Notes: generated by a model from the sequence alone, not told the origin. Counted from the stretch's first letter, positions 45,920 through 56,273 are shown. The stretch is DNA of 64,000 nucleotides from a bacterium (GCA_024228555.1 JAAETI010000377.1:36379-100378), one strand, 5' to 3'. Numbers and translations: made by a program.

Positions 45920-46252
45920 GCTCAACCAGCCCGATCGCCAATTTCGTGGTCGAGCGGCCACAGGATCGTGAGCCCAGGAAACAGCAGGGCCAACGAATCG
46001 TTGCTGGCCTCCGGGTCGATGAATGTCCCCGCGTGAGGATGACTCAGCGGAACGCCAGCTCCTCCCAGATCCCCGGGACAAGAGCGAGGAGCAAGACGAT
46101 CTATTGCTCCTCGCGGATCAGCACACCGAGATCGGCGATTCGGAAAACGCGCTAGTTCCGGAGCCGTGCTGGGCTCGGGTCAAGAGGGGTTGGGAGACTT
46201 AGCAGTCATCTCACTTTCGCCTCATCCAAATTCCCGGCCGTGGCGGTGCTCG

Positions 46253-47851
46253 CTAGTTGCCCAACCGTGCGTAGGTGGCCGTCATGGCGCCATCAGTGAT
46301 GGTGCGGGTGTCGTCGGTGTTGACGTTGAGGGTGACGATACGACCGTCCGGCTGAGGGCACAGCAGTCGCCCATCATGGAACTCGGTGTGACCACAGGGC
46401 TCGCCGATCTGATGACCGTCGTCGGGTATTGCAACCTCCCGCTCGTAGCTATCGATGGTCTCCCCGCTCAAGGGGTCAAGCAGCTCGGTGGCGATGTATT
46501 GGAAGTAGGGGTCGGAACCGGCATCGGGCTGCAAGAGACGGAACGTATCGATGCGGATGAGGTCCTGGCCGTCCAGATGGACCATTGCATCAGGAACGAC
46601 CATACGAGTCCAGAGCTCAGCGCCGTCGAGGTCGCGGGCCTCTATCGAGTCCGATGCTGTGCGGAGTGTCACATACGCGGCACCCAGTCGTCCCGAGGAC
46701 GCTTGTGGGCCGACGACCACCCGGTCGCCGCTGTCGAGATCCAGCGTGGCTGATCCGTCGGGCCCGCTGACAAGTGCCAGACTCCGGTCATCCACGATTC
46801 CGACGTCCAAGATGTCTTCCCCATTTTGCAGCGGAACCTCGGTGCCATCCACCAAGACCCGGTCTGGCTGATTGGTGGTCTGAGTGATGAACCTGCCGTC
46901 GACGTAGAAGGCCCGAGCAGTCGGTTCTGTGGAAATGACTTGAGAGGTGCCGTTGGCATCGTGGAGCACCACCCCATCGGGTCCGGCGCTAACTATCCAG
47001 GGCGCACTGGGTGGCCGCACTTTGAGCGTGAAGCAAAATGGGTCCGGTTCCCAGAACGGAGAACACAGGGCGTAGTCGCCATCTGAGATGATGTCGGGGA
47101 TCAGGACTGTGTCCGGGCCGGGCCCGGTGACGACAACTGCCGGATCCACGGTGGCCTCATGCCAGGGCTGCCACGATGCTGGGGAAGTGTCCGTTTGGGC
47201 GGTGAGCAGGTGCGAAGCGAACCGTCCCAGGCCGTCCGGCCATCCAACGATGAGGTACTGATTGGTGCGCTGCCGCCCCTCGGGTACCTCAAACGACAAC
47301 AGCTGCCCGGCTGCTGCGAGTGGCAACTCGCCGAGATCCTCTGGTGATTGCGGTCTGGTGAACACGAGCTCGGTATTGTCGCCGCCAAGCACGAGATCGG
47401 GAGACTCGGATTCGATCCGGTAGAGCCTGAGGAACGCCTCGTCGAACAGGATGGATGTCTCTGACAATGTCCCACAGCCGATGGCGGTTACCACCGGTTC
47501 ACCGACGTTGAACGCACCCTCACCCGTCTCGAGTTCGGCGTAGGCGCGGTTGCAGTTCATTGGGTAGTCGATGCGCCCCGGAGTGATCACCATCACAAAC
47601 CCGCCGGTCGTGGCATCGGCGAACTGGTTGCCATCGAGCGTCCCGGACACGAGCCGCCAATTGCCGTTGATACCTGACGTATCGGCGACGGTACTGGTCA
47701 CGCCGGTGTTTGGCGGCGATGAGGTCTCGGGAGGCGCCACCACTCCGGCCGGCTCGTCGGTTGAACCACGCAAAGCGAGCAGAACTCCGCCAACGAGTAC
47801 GAGTACCGCGGCAAAGGTGACGGCTCCGATGAGGGCAGGGCGACGGCTCAT
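46253..47851 (-). CDS. Membrane-anchored protein with a META/HslJ-like (DUF306) domain and a large beta-rich C-terminal domain
   Basis: N-terminal TM. NGNWRLVSGTLDG...MNCNRAYAELETGEG...TAIGCGTL resembles the META domain pattern (GCN..y......T.maC). Confidence 0.45.
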   Translation of the reverse strand: MSRRPALIGAVTFAAVLVLVGGVLLALRGSTDEPAGVVAPPETSSPPNTGVTSTVADTSGINGNWRLVSGTLDGNQFADATTGGFVMVITPGRIDYPMNCNRAYAELETGEGAFNVGEPVVTAIGCGTLSETSILFDEAFLRLYRIESESPDLVLGGDNTELVFTRPQSPEDLGELPLAAAGQLLSFEVPEGRQRTNQYLIVGWPDGLGRFASHLLTAQTDTSPASWQPWHEATVDPAVVVTGPGPDTVLIPDIISDGDYALCSPFWEPDPFCFTLKVRPPSAPWIVSAGPDGVVLHDANGTSQVISTEPTARAFYVDGRFITQTTNQPDRVLVDGTEVPLQNGEDILDVGIVDDRSLALVSGPDGSATLDLDSGDRVVVGPQASSGRLGAAYVTLRTASDSIEARDLDGAELWTRMVVPDAMVHLDGQDLIRIDTFRLLQPDAGSDPYFQYIATELLDPLSGETIDSYEREVAIPDDGHQIGEPCGHTEFHDGRLLCPQPDGRIVTLNVNTDDTRTITDGAMTATYARLGN

Positions 47852-48356
47852 GCGACGCTCGGAGGTCGGCTACCGCTACGGAATGCAGGCCAAAGCATGA
47901 CCATGAGTATGTCTCTTCCCGCCGTCAATGCGAATCCGTTTTCACTCACATACCGATCAGACGTTTCAGGTGTCGGCTTTGGTTCCGGCTGTCAGGTGCT
48001 TCTGGCTACAGACTGCCTGCTACGGATCGGATGGTGTGATTGCATCAGCCTCGGTCAGCAACTCTGCAAGTACGACGAGGATGATGGCATCGAGATAGCG
48101 AAACCCGATGCTGGCAGAACCCATCTTGACCTTGCCGAGCCGGTCGGCGTATTGCTGCCCCAGGTAGGCGCCGGTTTGGCATCGCCTGTGTGATCAACTC
48201 GTCGACGGTCTGCATGACGGCCCGGTCAGTCTCGTCGAGTGGATCGATGTGGTCGCTGGGGTCGGTGTCGACAATTTCGATGTGCTCGGCCCTACTTCGA
48301 ACGCAAGAGAGGCGACGCCGGTGGCACCGCCTCTCTAGGTTCGATTGTCTGGATGC

Positions 48357-49280
48357 CTACTGGGTCGGGCTCTCGCCGTCCTTGTTGAACATCTCGCCGA
48401 TCGCTCCAATGGATCCGAGGATTCCGCTCATCTCCATCGGGAGGAAGATCTTCGTGGCGTTGCCGTTGGCGACACCTTGGAGAGCGTCCAAGTACTTGAT
48501 GGCGATGAGGTCGTCCGTCGGATCTCCGTTGTGGATAGCGTGGAAGACCCGCTCGATAGCCTGTCCTTCACCTTCGGCGACGGTCAGCTTCTGGAACTTC
48601 TCAGCTTCGGCGACCTGCTTGATAGCTTCGGCCTGACCTTCAGCTTCGAGGATCCGAGATGCCTTGACACCTTCTGCCTGAAGAATCTTGGAGCGCTTGT
48701 CACCCTCGGCCTCAGTAACGATGGCACGACGGTCACGTTCCGCCTTCATCTGGCGGTGCATGGCCTGGGTTACGTCTGCCGGCGGATCGATCCTCTGGAT
48801 CTCAACACGCACGACCTTGGTACCCCAAACGTCTGTCGCTTCGTCAAGGATCTCACGCAGCTGGGCGTTGATCCTCTCACGAGAGGTGAGTGCATCGTCC
48901 AAGTCGAGGTCACCGACTACGTTACGCAGGTTGGTCTGTGCCAACTTGGTAGCAGCCAGGACAAAGTTCTGGACGTTGTAGACCAGCTTGACCGGGTCGG
49001 TGGCTTGGTAATAGACGACGGCATCGACGGTTACGACGACGTTGTCCTTGGTGATGACCTCTTGCGGGGGAACGTCTACGACGATCTCACGCATGTCGAC
49101 ACGGCGAATTCTCTCGATGAACGGAACAATGAGCTGGAGACCTGGGTCGAGCGTCTCCTTGTACTTGCCGAACCGCTCAACAAGCCCTTGTTCGTGCTGT
49201 CGCACGATCTTGAGCCCGAGCACGACGTAGGCGACGATCAGCGCAATAAAGGCGATGACTATGAAGCCAGCTTGCTGCAT
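48357..49280 (-). CDS. SPFH/band-7 (stomatin/QmcA-like) protein
   Basis: N-terminal TM. SPFH core (KIVRQHEQGLVERFGKY...KDNVVVTVDAVVYYQ), then a coiled-coil tail. Confidence 0.85.
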   Translation of the reverse strand: MQQAGFIVIAFIALIVAYVVLGLKIVRQHEQGLVERFGKYKETLDPGLQLIVPFIERIRRVDMREIVVDVPPQEVITKDNVVVTVDAVVYYQATDPVKLVYNVQNFVLAATKLAQTNLRNVVGDLDLDDALTSRERINAQLREILDEATDVWGTKVVRVEIQRIDPPADVTQAMHRQMKAERDRRAIVTEAEGDKRSKILQAEGVKASRILEAEGQAEAIKQVAEAEKFQKLTVAEGEGQAIERVFHAIHNGDPTDDLIAIKYLDALQGVANGNATKIFLPMEMSGILGSIGAIGEMFNKDGESPTQ

Positions 49281-49306
49281 GTTTTACCCTTTCCCTTGTT
49301 TCGTAA

Positions 49307-50104
49307 TTAGATCTCTGTCGGTTCTACAACCATGCGGGCACCGCGTACATCGACGACGGTGATCTTCGTGCCGACCTCGATTACCTGGTCATAGTCGGCC
49401 ATGGCTCTCCACTGCTCTGTCTCGACCCGAACCCGTCCCGTTCCGCCGGTGCGGTCGATCTTCTCGGTGACAATGCCTTTTGCATCCACGTACCTCTTGG
49501 CACCGACCGGGTGCAGGACTTCCTTGTCTTTCTTGGCGAAGCGTTTGATCCCAATGAGGGCCAGGATGCTGAAGACCGCAAAGGAGACTAGTTGGACGAT
49601 CGGGTGTGCCCCGACCAGAGCCAACAGTGCTGTGAGGACAGCCGCTGCAGCGAACGGAAGCAGGAAGAACCCTGCTGTCAACATTTCTCCGATGCCCAGC
49701 ACGACGGCTGCGCCTACCCATAGCCACAGCCAAAACTCTGTACTTTCCACTGCTTCCTCCTTTGTCATAAAACCTATTGCGACTGTCGCCAGACCTACCG
49801 CGAAGAGCCCTGCCGCTATGAGCCGGCTCTTGGTTTGACTCTGGCGACGTTGGATCCGCTGCCAGGACTCTACGGCTTCCGGTGAACGGAACTCTGACGC
49901 CCAGGTCTCGGCGAATGAAGCGAGATCAGTACCAACGACGGCCTGGGGATCTTTCCCCGCGGCAACTGCTTCATAAAGATGCGATTCGAGCTCGAGCTTC
50001 ATTGCGGTTGAGACGGACCGCGGCACCTTGGTTTCTAGCCAATAGCGCTCACAATCGGACGTTATCTGATTGATGCTCAGGCGGTCAGTCACTCGAGTCT
50101 CCAT
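49307..50104 (-). CDS. Fusion protein: PadR-associated N-terminal domain (DUF1700/HAAS-like) plus NfeD-like membrane/OB-fold domain
   Basis: The N-terminus (SINQITSDCERYWLETKVPRS...LESHLYEAVAAGKDPQ) is typical of genes downstream of padR. Middle has multiple TM. C-terminal OB-fold GRVRVETEQWRAMADYDQVIEVGTKITVVDVRGARMVVEP is NfeD-like. Confidence 0.55.
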   Translation of the reverse strand: METRVTDRLSINQITSDCERYWLETKVPRSVSTAMKLELESHLYEAVAAGKDPQAVVGTDLASFAETWASEFRSPEAVESWQRIQRRQSQTKSRLIAAGLFAVGLATVAIGFMTKEEAVESTEFWLWLWVGAAVVLGIGEMLTAGFFLLPFAAAAVLTALLALVGAHPIVQLVSFAVFSILALIGIKRFAKKDKEVLHPVGAKRYVDAKGIVTEKIDRTGGTGRVRVETEQWRAMADYDQVIEVGTKITVVDVRGARMVVEPTEI

Positions 50105-50417
50105 TCAACACCTCTTCTACGCCGACCGACAATCGCCTCCATTCGGCTTGCCAGTCAGATAATTGATTTCGGCCTTTCTCAGCGATCCGGTAGTACTTCC
50201 TTGGGGGACCGCCGGTCGACTCGACAAAATATCCCTCGATGAACTCCTGCTTCTGCAATCGGCTGAGCAGTGGATAGATGCTCCCCTCGCTTACGAGCTC
50301 GAGGCCGTTGCTTTGCAGCTTGTCGACCATCTCATACCCGTAGCTCGGTTCTTGATCTATCAATGCCAGCAGGCACATATCGAGAACACCTTTGAGTAGC
50401 TGGGAGCTGTGCCCCAC
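50085..50417 (-). CDS. PadR-family transcriptional regulator
   Basis: LKGVLDMCLLALIDQEPSYGYEMVDKL...GSIYPLLSRLQKQEFIEGYF is canonical PadR. Confidence 0.8.
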   Translation of the reverse strand: MGHSSQLLKGVLDMCLLALIDQEPSYGYEMVDKLQSNGLELVSEGSIYPLLSRLQKQEFIEGYFVESTGGPPRKYYRIAEKGRNQLSDWQAEWRRLSVGVEEVLNGDSSD

Positions 50418-50580
50418 TCGCGTCCTCCGAGTTTGTCTTACTATCTTGCTCTACCCGTTACCTTGCGGTCCAGAGTACCTTGTGTAACACACTACCATGG
50501 AAAGCAGGGTAGGTCAATGGGGTTTGTGAAACCTTTATCGTTGTGGAGGGTCAAAATGGAGCAAGACTCGAGAAACGAGA

Positions 50581-51216
50581 ATGGCAGTGGCTGAATCATC
50601 CAAGAGGGCCGGCTCAATAGTCATCGCGGCCGTATTGATCGCAGGTCTCTTCTTCCTGGGCGCCAACCTTGCCGGTTGGTCACCGCTGAAGGGTCTTGGG
50701 GGAGAGCCGTATACGCAGGTTGGGCCCACTGTTGTCGACAGCGTTAGAGACGTCGCCAAGCTGACCACGGTTGAGATGGTGGAATACACCACGGTCGAGA
50801 AGGGCAATGACTTTGGCTGGCTGAACTGGGCACGTGGCGACCGGATCTTCTTGTTTGCCGTCGCCCGGATTGGTGCGGGCGTCGACATGCAGCGGGTGTC
50901 CACGTCGAACTTCGAAGTCGATGAGGACACCGGACGCGTAACGGTTCAGCTACCTCTCCCCGAGATCATCTTTGTAGAAGTCGACAACGACGGCACCCAG
51001 GTATACGACCGCGACACCGGGCTGTTCACCAAGGGAGACTCCCAACTGGAATCTGATGCGAGACAGGTCGCAGAAGAGGTGCTGGTCAACGCGGCCCTCG
51101 ACCACGGCATCATGGACAAAGCGCAGAGCAACGCCGAAGAGACCATCTCTAGTTTCCTCAAGGGCGTCGGCTACACCGAGGTCGTGTTCATCGACCCGGA
51201 CCCGGTTGACGGTTAG
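50581..51216 (+). CDS. Membrane-anchored hypothetical protein (DUF4230-like, low certainty)
   Basis: N-terminal TM (IVIAAVLIAGLFFLGANLAGW); no catalytic motifs. Confidence 0.4.
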   Translation: MAVAESSKRAGSIVIAAVLIAGLFFLGANLAGWSPLKGLGGEPYTQVGPTVVDSVRDVAKLTTVEMVEYTTVEKGNDFGWLNWARGDRIFLFAVARIGAGVDMQRVSTSNFEVDEDTGRVTVQLPLPEIIFVEVDNDGTQVYDRDTGLFTKGDSQLESDARQVAEEVLVNAALDHGIMDKAQSNAEETISSFLKGVGYTEVVFIDPDPVDG

Positions 51217-51218
51217 AC

Positions 51219-51403
51219 GGGAACCTCGAAGACTCGGTTCCTTGGGAGAATGGGAACCTCGAAGACTCGGTTCCTTGGGAGAATCCGTTGGATTCTCCAT
51301 CTCGAACAGCAGCTTGTGTGTCTGGCTTCCCGCTAGAGGGGAACCTCGAGGACTCGGTTCCTTGGGAGAATCCGTTGGATTCTCCACCTCGAACAGCAGC
51401 TTG
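51219..51403. repeat. Composite tandem palindromic repeat array (minisatellite): 33-bp unit A x3 and 32-bp unit B x2
   Basis: Unit A = GGGAACCTCGAAGACTCGGTTCCTTGGGAGAAT at 51219, 51252 and 51339 (one A>G variant); it contains the GGAACC/GGTTCC inverted repeat. Unit B = CCGTTGGATTCTCCA(T/C)CTCGAACAGCAGCTTG at 51285 and 51372. The A|B junction forms a GGAGAATCC-GTT-GGATTCTCC hairpin. Confidence 0.85.
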
Positions 51404-51419
51404 CTCTACCTAACAGTCA

Positions 51420-51980
51420 CTAGACCAAGGCGGCGAACGCTTGCCTGATCATGTCGGGCAGCGACTCGTCAGGGTCGGCATCGTGCCAGTGCTCGATTGC
51501 GGCGTCGAGTGTGGCCATGCAGACACCGGCGAGAGTGTCGTCGACGATGCTTGGTGTCTTGCGTCCGGCAACGAGAGCAAATCCGGCAGCCAACGCGTCG
51601 CGGTCCTTGAGATCCTGTTCAATCGCTGCGGCATGAACAGGCGGGTTGGCATAGATGAAGCCGACTCGGCGTCGTAGCGCCCTGCTTGTTTCCTCGTCGG
51701 AAAAGGCCTCCATCAATGAATCGCGAAACGCAATGAGCGGTGGCTGCTTGCCGATGCGTTCCGCTAGCTCGTCCGTGATGTTCCGGTCTGCCCCGTCCCA
51801 GATGACCAGATTCTCCTTGGTGCCAAAATAGCGATAGATGGTGGAGGCCGAAACACCTCCGGCTGCAGCGACATCATCAATGGTGACGGTGTCGAAAGCC
51901 GCAGCCTCAAAGAGATCGAGAGCGGTTGACTGTAGTTCTCGCATCGTCCGGGCTCTGTTGCGTTGTCGTAGGGAACCCAT
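51420..51980 (-). CDS. TetR-family transcriptional regulator
   Basis: HTH region VTIDDVAAAGGVSASTIYRYFGTKENL. Divergent from the membrane protein at 52052. Confidence 0.75.
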   Translation of the reverse strand: MGSLRQRNRARTMRELQSTALDLFEAAAFDTVTIDDVAAAGGVSASTIYRYFGTKENLVIWDGADRNITDELAERIGKQPPLIAFRDSLMEAFSDEETSRALRRRVGFIYANPPVHAAAIEQDLKDRDALAAGFALVAGRKTPSIVDDTLAGVCMATLDAAIEHWHDADPDESLPDMIRQAFAALV

Positions 51981-52051
51981 CCGCTAATGATAGCAGCTCA
52001 CAAAATGACAGTGACTTGCAGATGGGTAGTGAGTTGCCGTATCATGTGCCA

Positions 52052-53152
52052 ATGACGGTAAGAACGCAACCCAAGACGCAGGGTCGGATTCTCGGGCTCG
52101 ATATCGCCAGGGCCTTTGCCATTGTTGGGATGGTGATCGTCAACTTCAACGTGGTGATGAGCGGCGATGTGGTCGCTCCCCCTTGGCTGGATTTCGTGGT
52201 CACGGCGCTCGAGGGGCGTGCAGCGGCGACATTTGTCGTGCTTGCCGGTATCGGGGCAAGCCTTGGCTCGCGGCGGGCTCGTGAAGGTGACGACCCGGCC
52301 GCAAAGGCATCCGCACGGACCGTCCTCGCCAAGCGTGCTTTGTTCCTCTTTGTCGCAGGCTGGCTCTTTTTCCCGATCTGGCCTGCCGACATCCTGCACT
52401 TCTACGGGCTATATCTGGCGATCGGCTCGCTGCTTCTCTTTGCCCCCGATCGCACTCTGCTACGGGCCGGGCTGCTGGCGACCGCTGTCTCGTTTGCGTT
52501 CATCGTGGGGTTCGATTTCTTCGCAAACTGGAACATTGGTGACCTCTCGTACCGGGGCATCGCAACGCCGGTCGGGTTCCTCCGCAATCTCTTCATCGAC
52601 GGGATCCATCCCGTCCTACCGTGGATCGTCTTCTACCTGTTTGGTATGTGGCTGGGCCGTACCGACCTGCGTGATCCGCGATGGCGCCGCCGGATCGTCT
52701 TGTGGTCCGCTGTTGCGCTGGTAGCTGTCGAGACCGCAGCACTGCAGATCTTGGGGCCAAAGGGCTCAGTGCCCGCCGGTGTCACCGACGACAGCTGGCG
52801 ATGGCTGTTCTCCGTCGAGATGTTGCCGCCGATGCCCGCCTATCTCGTGGCCGGGATCGCAACCGCATGTCTGTGGATAGTCGGTTCGATGTGGCTGGGT
52901 GAGCGCTTATCTCGTCGCAGTCTCGAGCCGCTCGTAGCAACGGGTCAGCTGGCGCTCACTCTCTATGTCGCCCACGTCGTCGTCGGTCTCGGCGTGCTCG
53001 AGGCACTGGGCCGGATCGAAGGCCAGACCTTGCCGTTCATCGTCGTCGCGAGCCTTGTCTTCAGCGTGGCCGCCGGAGCCGCATCCTGGTGGTGGCGACG
53101 CCATCATGACCGCGGTCCGCTTGAGGGCCTGATGAGACGGATTGCCGGCTAG
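52052..53152 (+). CDS. Multi-pass membrane protein (DUF418/DUF1624, acyltransferase-3/YeiB-like)
   Basis: [22 protein letters not shown]-terminal motif typical of DUF1624/HGSNAT-like proteins; about 9 TM. Start set at ATG 52052. Confidence 0.55.
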   Translation: MTVRTQPKTQGRILGLDIARAFAIVGMVIVNFNVVMSGDVVAPPWLDFVVTALEGRAAATFVVLAGIGASLGSRRAREGDDPAAKASARTVLAKRALFLFVAGWLFFPIWPADILHFYGLYLAIGSLLLFAPDRTLLRAGLLATAVSFAFIVGFDFFANWNIGDLSYRGIATPVGFLRNLFIDGIHPVLPWIVFYLFGMWLGRTDLRDPRWRRRIVLWSAVALVAVETAALQILGPKGSVPAGVTDDSWRWLFSVEMLPPMPAYLVAGIATACLWIVGSMWLGERLSRRSLEPLVATGQLALTLYVAHVVVGLGVLEALGRIEGQTLPFIVVASLVFSVAAGAASWWWRRHHDRGPLEGLMRRIAG

Positions 53153-55725
53153 CCAGCCTCGAACCCGAGTGATTCGCCGTCGACAACCACCGTGATGGTG
53201 TCGCCGTCGGTGAAGCGGCCCTCGAGCAATTGCAGCGCCAGCTTGTCGGCGATCTCTTTCTGCATGAGCCGCTTGAGGGGACGGGCGCCAAAACTAGGGT
53301 CGTAGCCATGCTCTGAGAGCCAGGCCGCAGCTTCGGGAGACAACTCGAGCTCGATGCGTCGGCCCGCCAGTCGCTGGCCGAGCACCTCAAACTGGATGTC
53401 GACGATCTGGCGCAGGTCATCCTTCGAGAGACGGGAGAACACGACGATGTCATCGACACGATTGAGGAACTCCGGCCGGAAATGAGTGCGCACCTCCTCC
53501 AGGACCCGTGTCTCGACGGTCTCGTCGGGAAGATCGGGATCGATGAACTCCGACCCCAGGTTCGACGTCATGATCAGCACCGTATTCGTGAAGTCGACAG
53601 TCCGACCCTGGCCGTCGGTGAGCCGACCATCGTCCATGAGCTGCAAGAGGGTGTTGAACACGTCGGGGTGTGCCTTCTCGACTTCATCAAGGAGAACGAC
53701 CGCATAAGGGCGGCGCCGCACTGCTTCGGTGAGTTGACCACCTTCGTCGTACCCAACATATCCCGGAGGGGCGCCGATGAGGCGGCTCACCGAGTGCTTC
53801 TCCATGTACTCCGACATGTCGATGCGGACCATGGCGCGCTCGTCGTCAAAAAGGAAGTCGGCAAGGGCTCGCGCCAGCTCGGTTTTCCCAACTCCGGTCG
53901 GGCCCAAGAAGATGAACGATCCTATTGGACGGTTCGGATCCGAAAGACCGGCTCGACCGCGTCGTATTGCATTGGCTACAACGGTGACCGCCTCGTCCTG
54001 CCCGACGACCCTTTGGTGTAGATGCTCCTCGAGACGAATTAGCTTCTCAACTTCACCCTCCATCAGACGGGTAACGGGAACACCGGTCCATCGGCTGACG
54101 ACCTGGGCTACGTCTTCCTCGTCTACCTCTTCTTTGAGCATCCGCAGATTTGACTGCAGCTTCATCAGCTCGTCTTGGCGCCCTTCCAGCTGTTGCTGCA
54201 GTTCCGGCAGTTTGCCGTAGCGAAGCTCGGCAGCTGCCTGCAGATCGCCGGAACGTTCAGTGCGCTCGGCTTGGGCGCGAGCTTCCTCGATGTCCTGTTT
54301 GGCGGTCTGGATGGCGTCGATGTGGTCCTTTTCGAGTTGCCAGTGCGCGGTGAGGCGGTCGAGTTCCTCGCCAAGACCAGCGAGTTCCTCATCGATCCCG
54401 GCCAAGCGAACTTGCGATGCATCGTCGTCTTCCTTGCTCAATGCATTGCGCTCGACCTCGAGCTGACGTCGTCTTCGCTCGAGCTCGTCGATCTCTTCCG
54501 GCATCGAGTCGATCTCGATGCGGAGTCGTGATGCCGACTCGTCGATGAGGTCGATGGCCTTGTCGGGAAGATGGCGAGCGGTGATGTAGCGATCGGACAG
54601 TACTGCGGCGGCGACAATCGCCGAGTCGGTGATACGCACCCCATGATGAACTTCGTAGCGCTCCTTGAGGCCGCGCAAGATGCCGATGGTGTCTTCGGCG
54701 GTGGGTGGCTCAACCACGACTGGGGCGAAGCGGCGCTCCAGGGCGGGGTCCTTCTCCACGTACTTGCGGTACTCGTCGAGAGTGGTTGCACCGATCAGGT
54801 GTAGTTCGCCTCTTGCCAACATTGGCTTGAGCATGTTGGAAGCATCCATCGAACCCTCAGCCGCACCTGCACCAACAATCGTGTGCATCTCGTCGATGAA
54901 GGTGATGACACGGCCTTCAGCGGCTTTGATCTCGTCGAGGGTTGCCTTGAGGCGTTCCTCAAACTCGCCCCGATATTTGGCGCCTGCCACCATCGCCCCC
55001 AGGTCGAGCGCGATGATCCGCTTGTCCTTGAGTCCCTCGGGGACGTCGCCGTCGACGATGCGTTGTGCAAGGCCTTCAGCGATCGCGGTCTTGCCGACAC
55101 CGGGTTCGCCAATGAGTACCGGGTTGTTCTTGGTGCGGCGGTTTAGCACTTGGATAACCCGGCGGATCTCCTCATCACGACCGATTACGGGATCGAGTTT
55201 CCCTTCGGCTGCGAGTTTCACGAGGTCACGCCCAAACTTCTCGAGTGGATCGAGGGTGTCCTCGGGGTTCTGGCTGGTGACGGTCTGTGCGCCGCGCACC
55301 GTTTCCAGCGCAGCCATGATGGCGTCTCGGGTGAGACCGGCGTTGCGCATTGCGTCGCCCGCGGGGTCGGCGGCGGTGGCGAGAGCCAGCAGGAGATGTT
55401 CGATCGAAACGAACTGGTCACCCATGCCGGTCTTGATCGACTCTGCAGTGTTGAGAATTGTCAGGGCGGCGGGGGAGAAGGCGATTTCGCCGGCATCACC
55501 GTATACCTGGGGGATGGCGCTCAGTCCGCTATCGACGGGACTGCGCAGCGATGCTGGGTTGATGTCCATATGTCCCAAGAGCGGATACAGGATCGTGTCG
55601 GTTTGACCAAGGAGAGCATCCAGCAGATGGAAGGGTTGGACGGTCTGGTGGTTGCGGGTTTCGGCGCTTTGCCGGGCGCCTAGAACCGCCTGTTGTGACT
55701 TTTGGGTGAGTGCGTTGATATCCAT
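53149..55725 (-). CDS. clpB: ATP-dependent chaperone ClpB
   Basis: Two AAA+ modules ([21 protein letters not shown]) and the middle coiled-coil domain; 858 aa. Confidence 0.95.
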   Translation of the reverse strand: MDINALTQKSQQAVLGARQSAETRNHQTVQPFHLLDALLGQTDTILYPLLGHMDINPASLRSPVDSGLSAIPQVYGDAGEIAFSPAALTILNTAESIKTGMGDQFVSIEHLLLALATAADPAGDAMRNAGLTRDAIMAALETVRGAQTVTSQNPEDTLDPLEKFGRDLVKLAAEGKLDPVIGRDEEIRRVIQVLNRRTKNNPVLIGEPGVGKTAIAEGLAQRIVDGDVPEGLKDKRIIALDLGAMVAGAKYRGEFEERLKATLDEIKAAEGRVITFIDEMHTIVGAGAAEGSMDASNMLKPMLARGELHLIGATTLDEYRKYVEKDPALERRFAPVVVEPPTAEDTIGILRGLKERYEVHHGVRITDSAIVAAAVLSDRYITARHLPDKAIDLIDESASRLRIEIDSMPEEIDELERRRRQLEVERNALSKEDDDASQVRLAGIDEELAGLGEELDRLTAHWQLEKDHIDAIQTAKQDIEEARAQAERTERSGDLQAAAELRYGKLPELQQQLEGRQDELMKLQSNLRMLKEEVDEEDVAQVVSRWTGVPVTRLMEGEVEKLIRLEEHLHQRVVGQDEAVTVVANAIRRGRAGLSDPNRPIGSFIFLGPTGVGKTELARALADFLFDDERAMVRIDMSEYMEKHSVSRLIGAPPGYVGYDEGGQLTEAVRRRPYAVVLLDEVEKAHPDVFNTLLQLMDDGRLTDGQGRTVDFTNTVLIMTSNLGSEFIDPDLPDETVETRVLEEVRTHFRPEFLNRVDDIVVFSRLSKDDLRQIVDIQFEVLGQRLAGRRIELELSPEAAAWLSEHGYDPSFGARPLKRLMQKEIADKLALQLLEGRFTDGDTITVVVDGESLGFEAG

Positions 55726-55799
55726 GGAAGAATGGTTCCCCTGGGTATGTTGTTATCTACACGGAGATACTATCACATCCATACAAGAAATCTAAGTCT

Positions 55800-56273
55800 A
55801 TGACTATCAAGTTCGGCGAGAGCTTCTACAAACGAGGCGGATGGTGGGTTGTCGCCCAATTCGCTCTGTTTGGCCTGATATTGCTTGCTCTGCGGTGGAA
55901 CGAGGACCCTGCAGTCTGGCTGCAGGTGTTGGGTTGGGTTGCCGTTGCGGTCGCCGTGGTGCTCGGTGGCAGCGCGGCCTGGTTGATTCGTCGCAAGATC
56001 ACCGCGATGCCGGCTCCCGTTGATGATGCGGTCCTGTTTGAGATCGGGCCCTTTGCGATAGTGCGTCACCCGATCTATGCCGCCGTAATCACCGGCTTTG
56101 TCGGACTCTCGATCAAGGGTGGCAACCTTGCCGCGCTGGCCTTGTCGCTGCTATTGATCCCCTTCTTCTATGCCAAGACCGTGCATGAGGAGAAGTTGCT
56201 TGCAGCCCGATTCGCCCAGTACGACCAATATCGGGAACGAGTGCCTTCCCGCATTCTGCCCTGGGTCCTGTAG
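55800..56273 (+). CDS. Isoprenylcysteine carboxyl methyltransferase (ICMT/PEMT)-family membrane methyltransferase
   Basis: 4 TM and the C-terminal motif AIVRHPIYAAVITGFVGL...EEKLL. Confidence 0.7.
   Translation: MTIKFGESFYKRGGWWVVAQFALFGLILLALRWNEDPAVWLQVLGWVAVAVAVVLGGSAAWLIRRKITAMPAPVDDAVLFEIGPFAIVRHPIYAAVITGFVGLSIKGGNLAALALSLLLIPFFYAKTVHEEKLLAARFAQYDQYRERVPSRILPWVL

Noticed and set aside
45916-46252. Possible small gene between brnA and the META protein
   Set aside because: Only short stop-bounded frames without starts (e.g. RVFRIADLGVLIREEQ*); no convincing ORF.
51217-51419. CRISPR array
   Set aside because: Repeats are directly tandem or separated by non-uniform segments, units differ (two unit types), and there are no cas genes nearby; a minisatellite/REP-like element is the better explanation.
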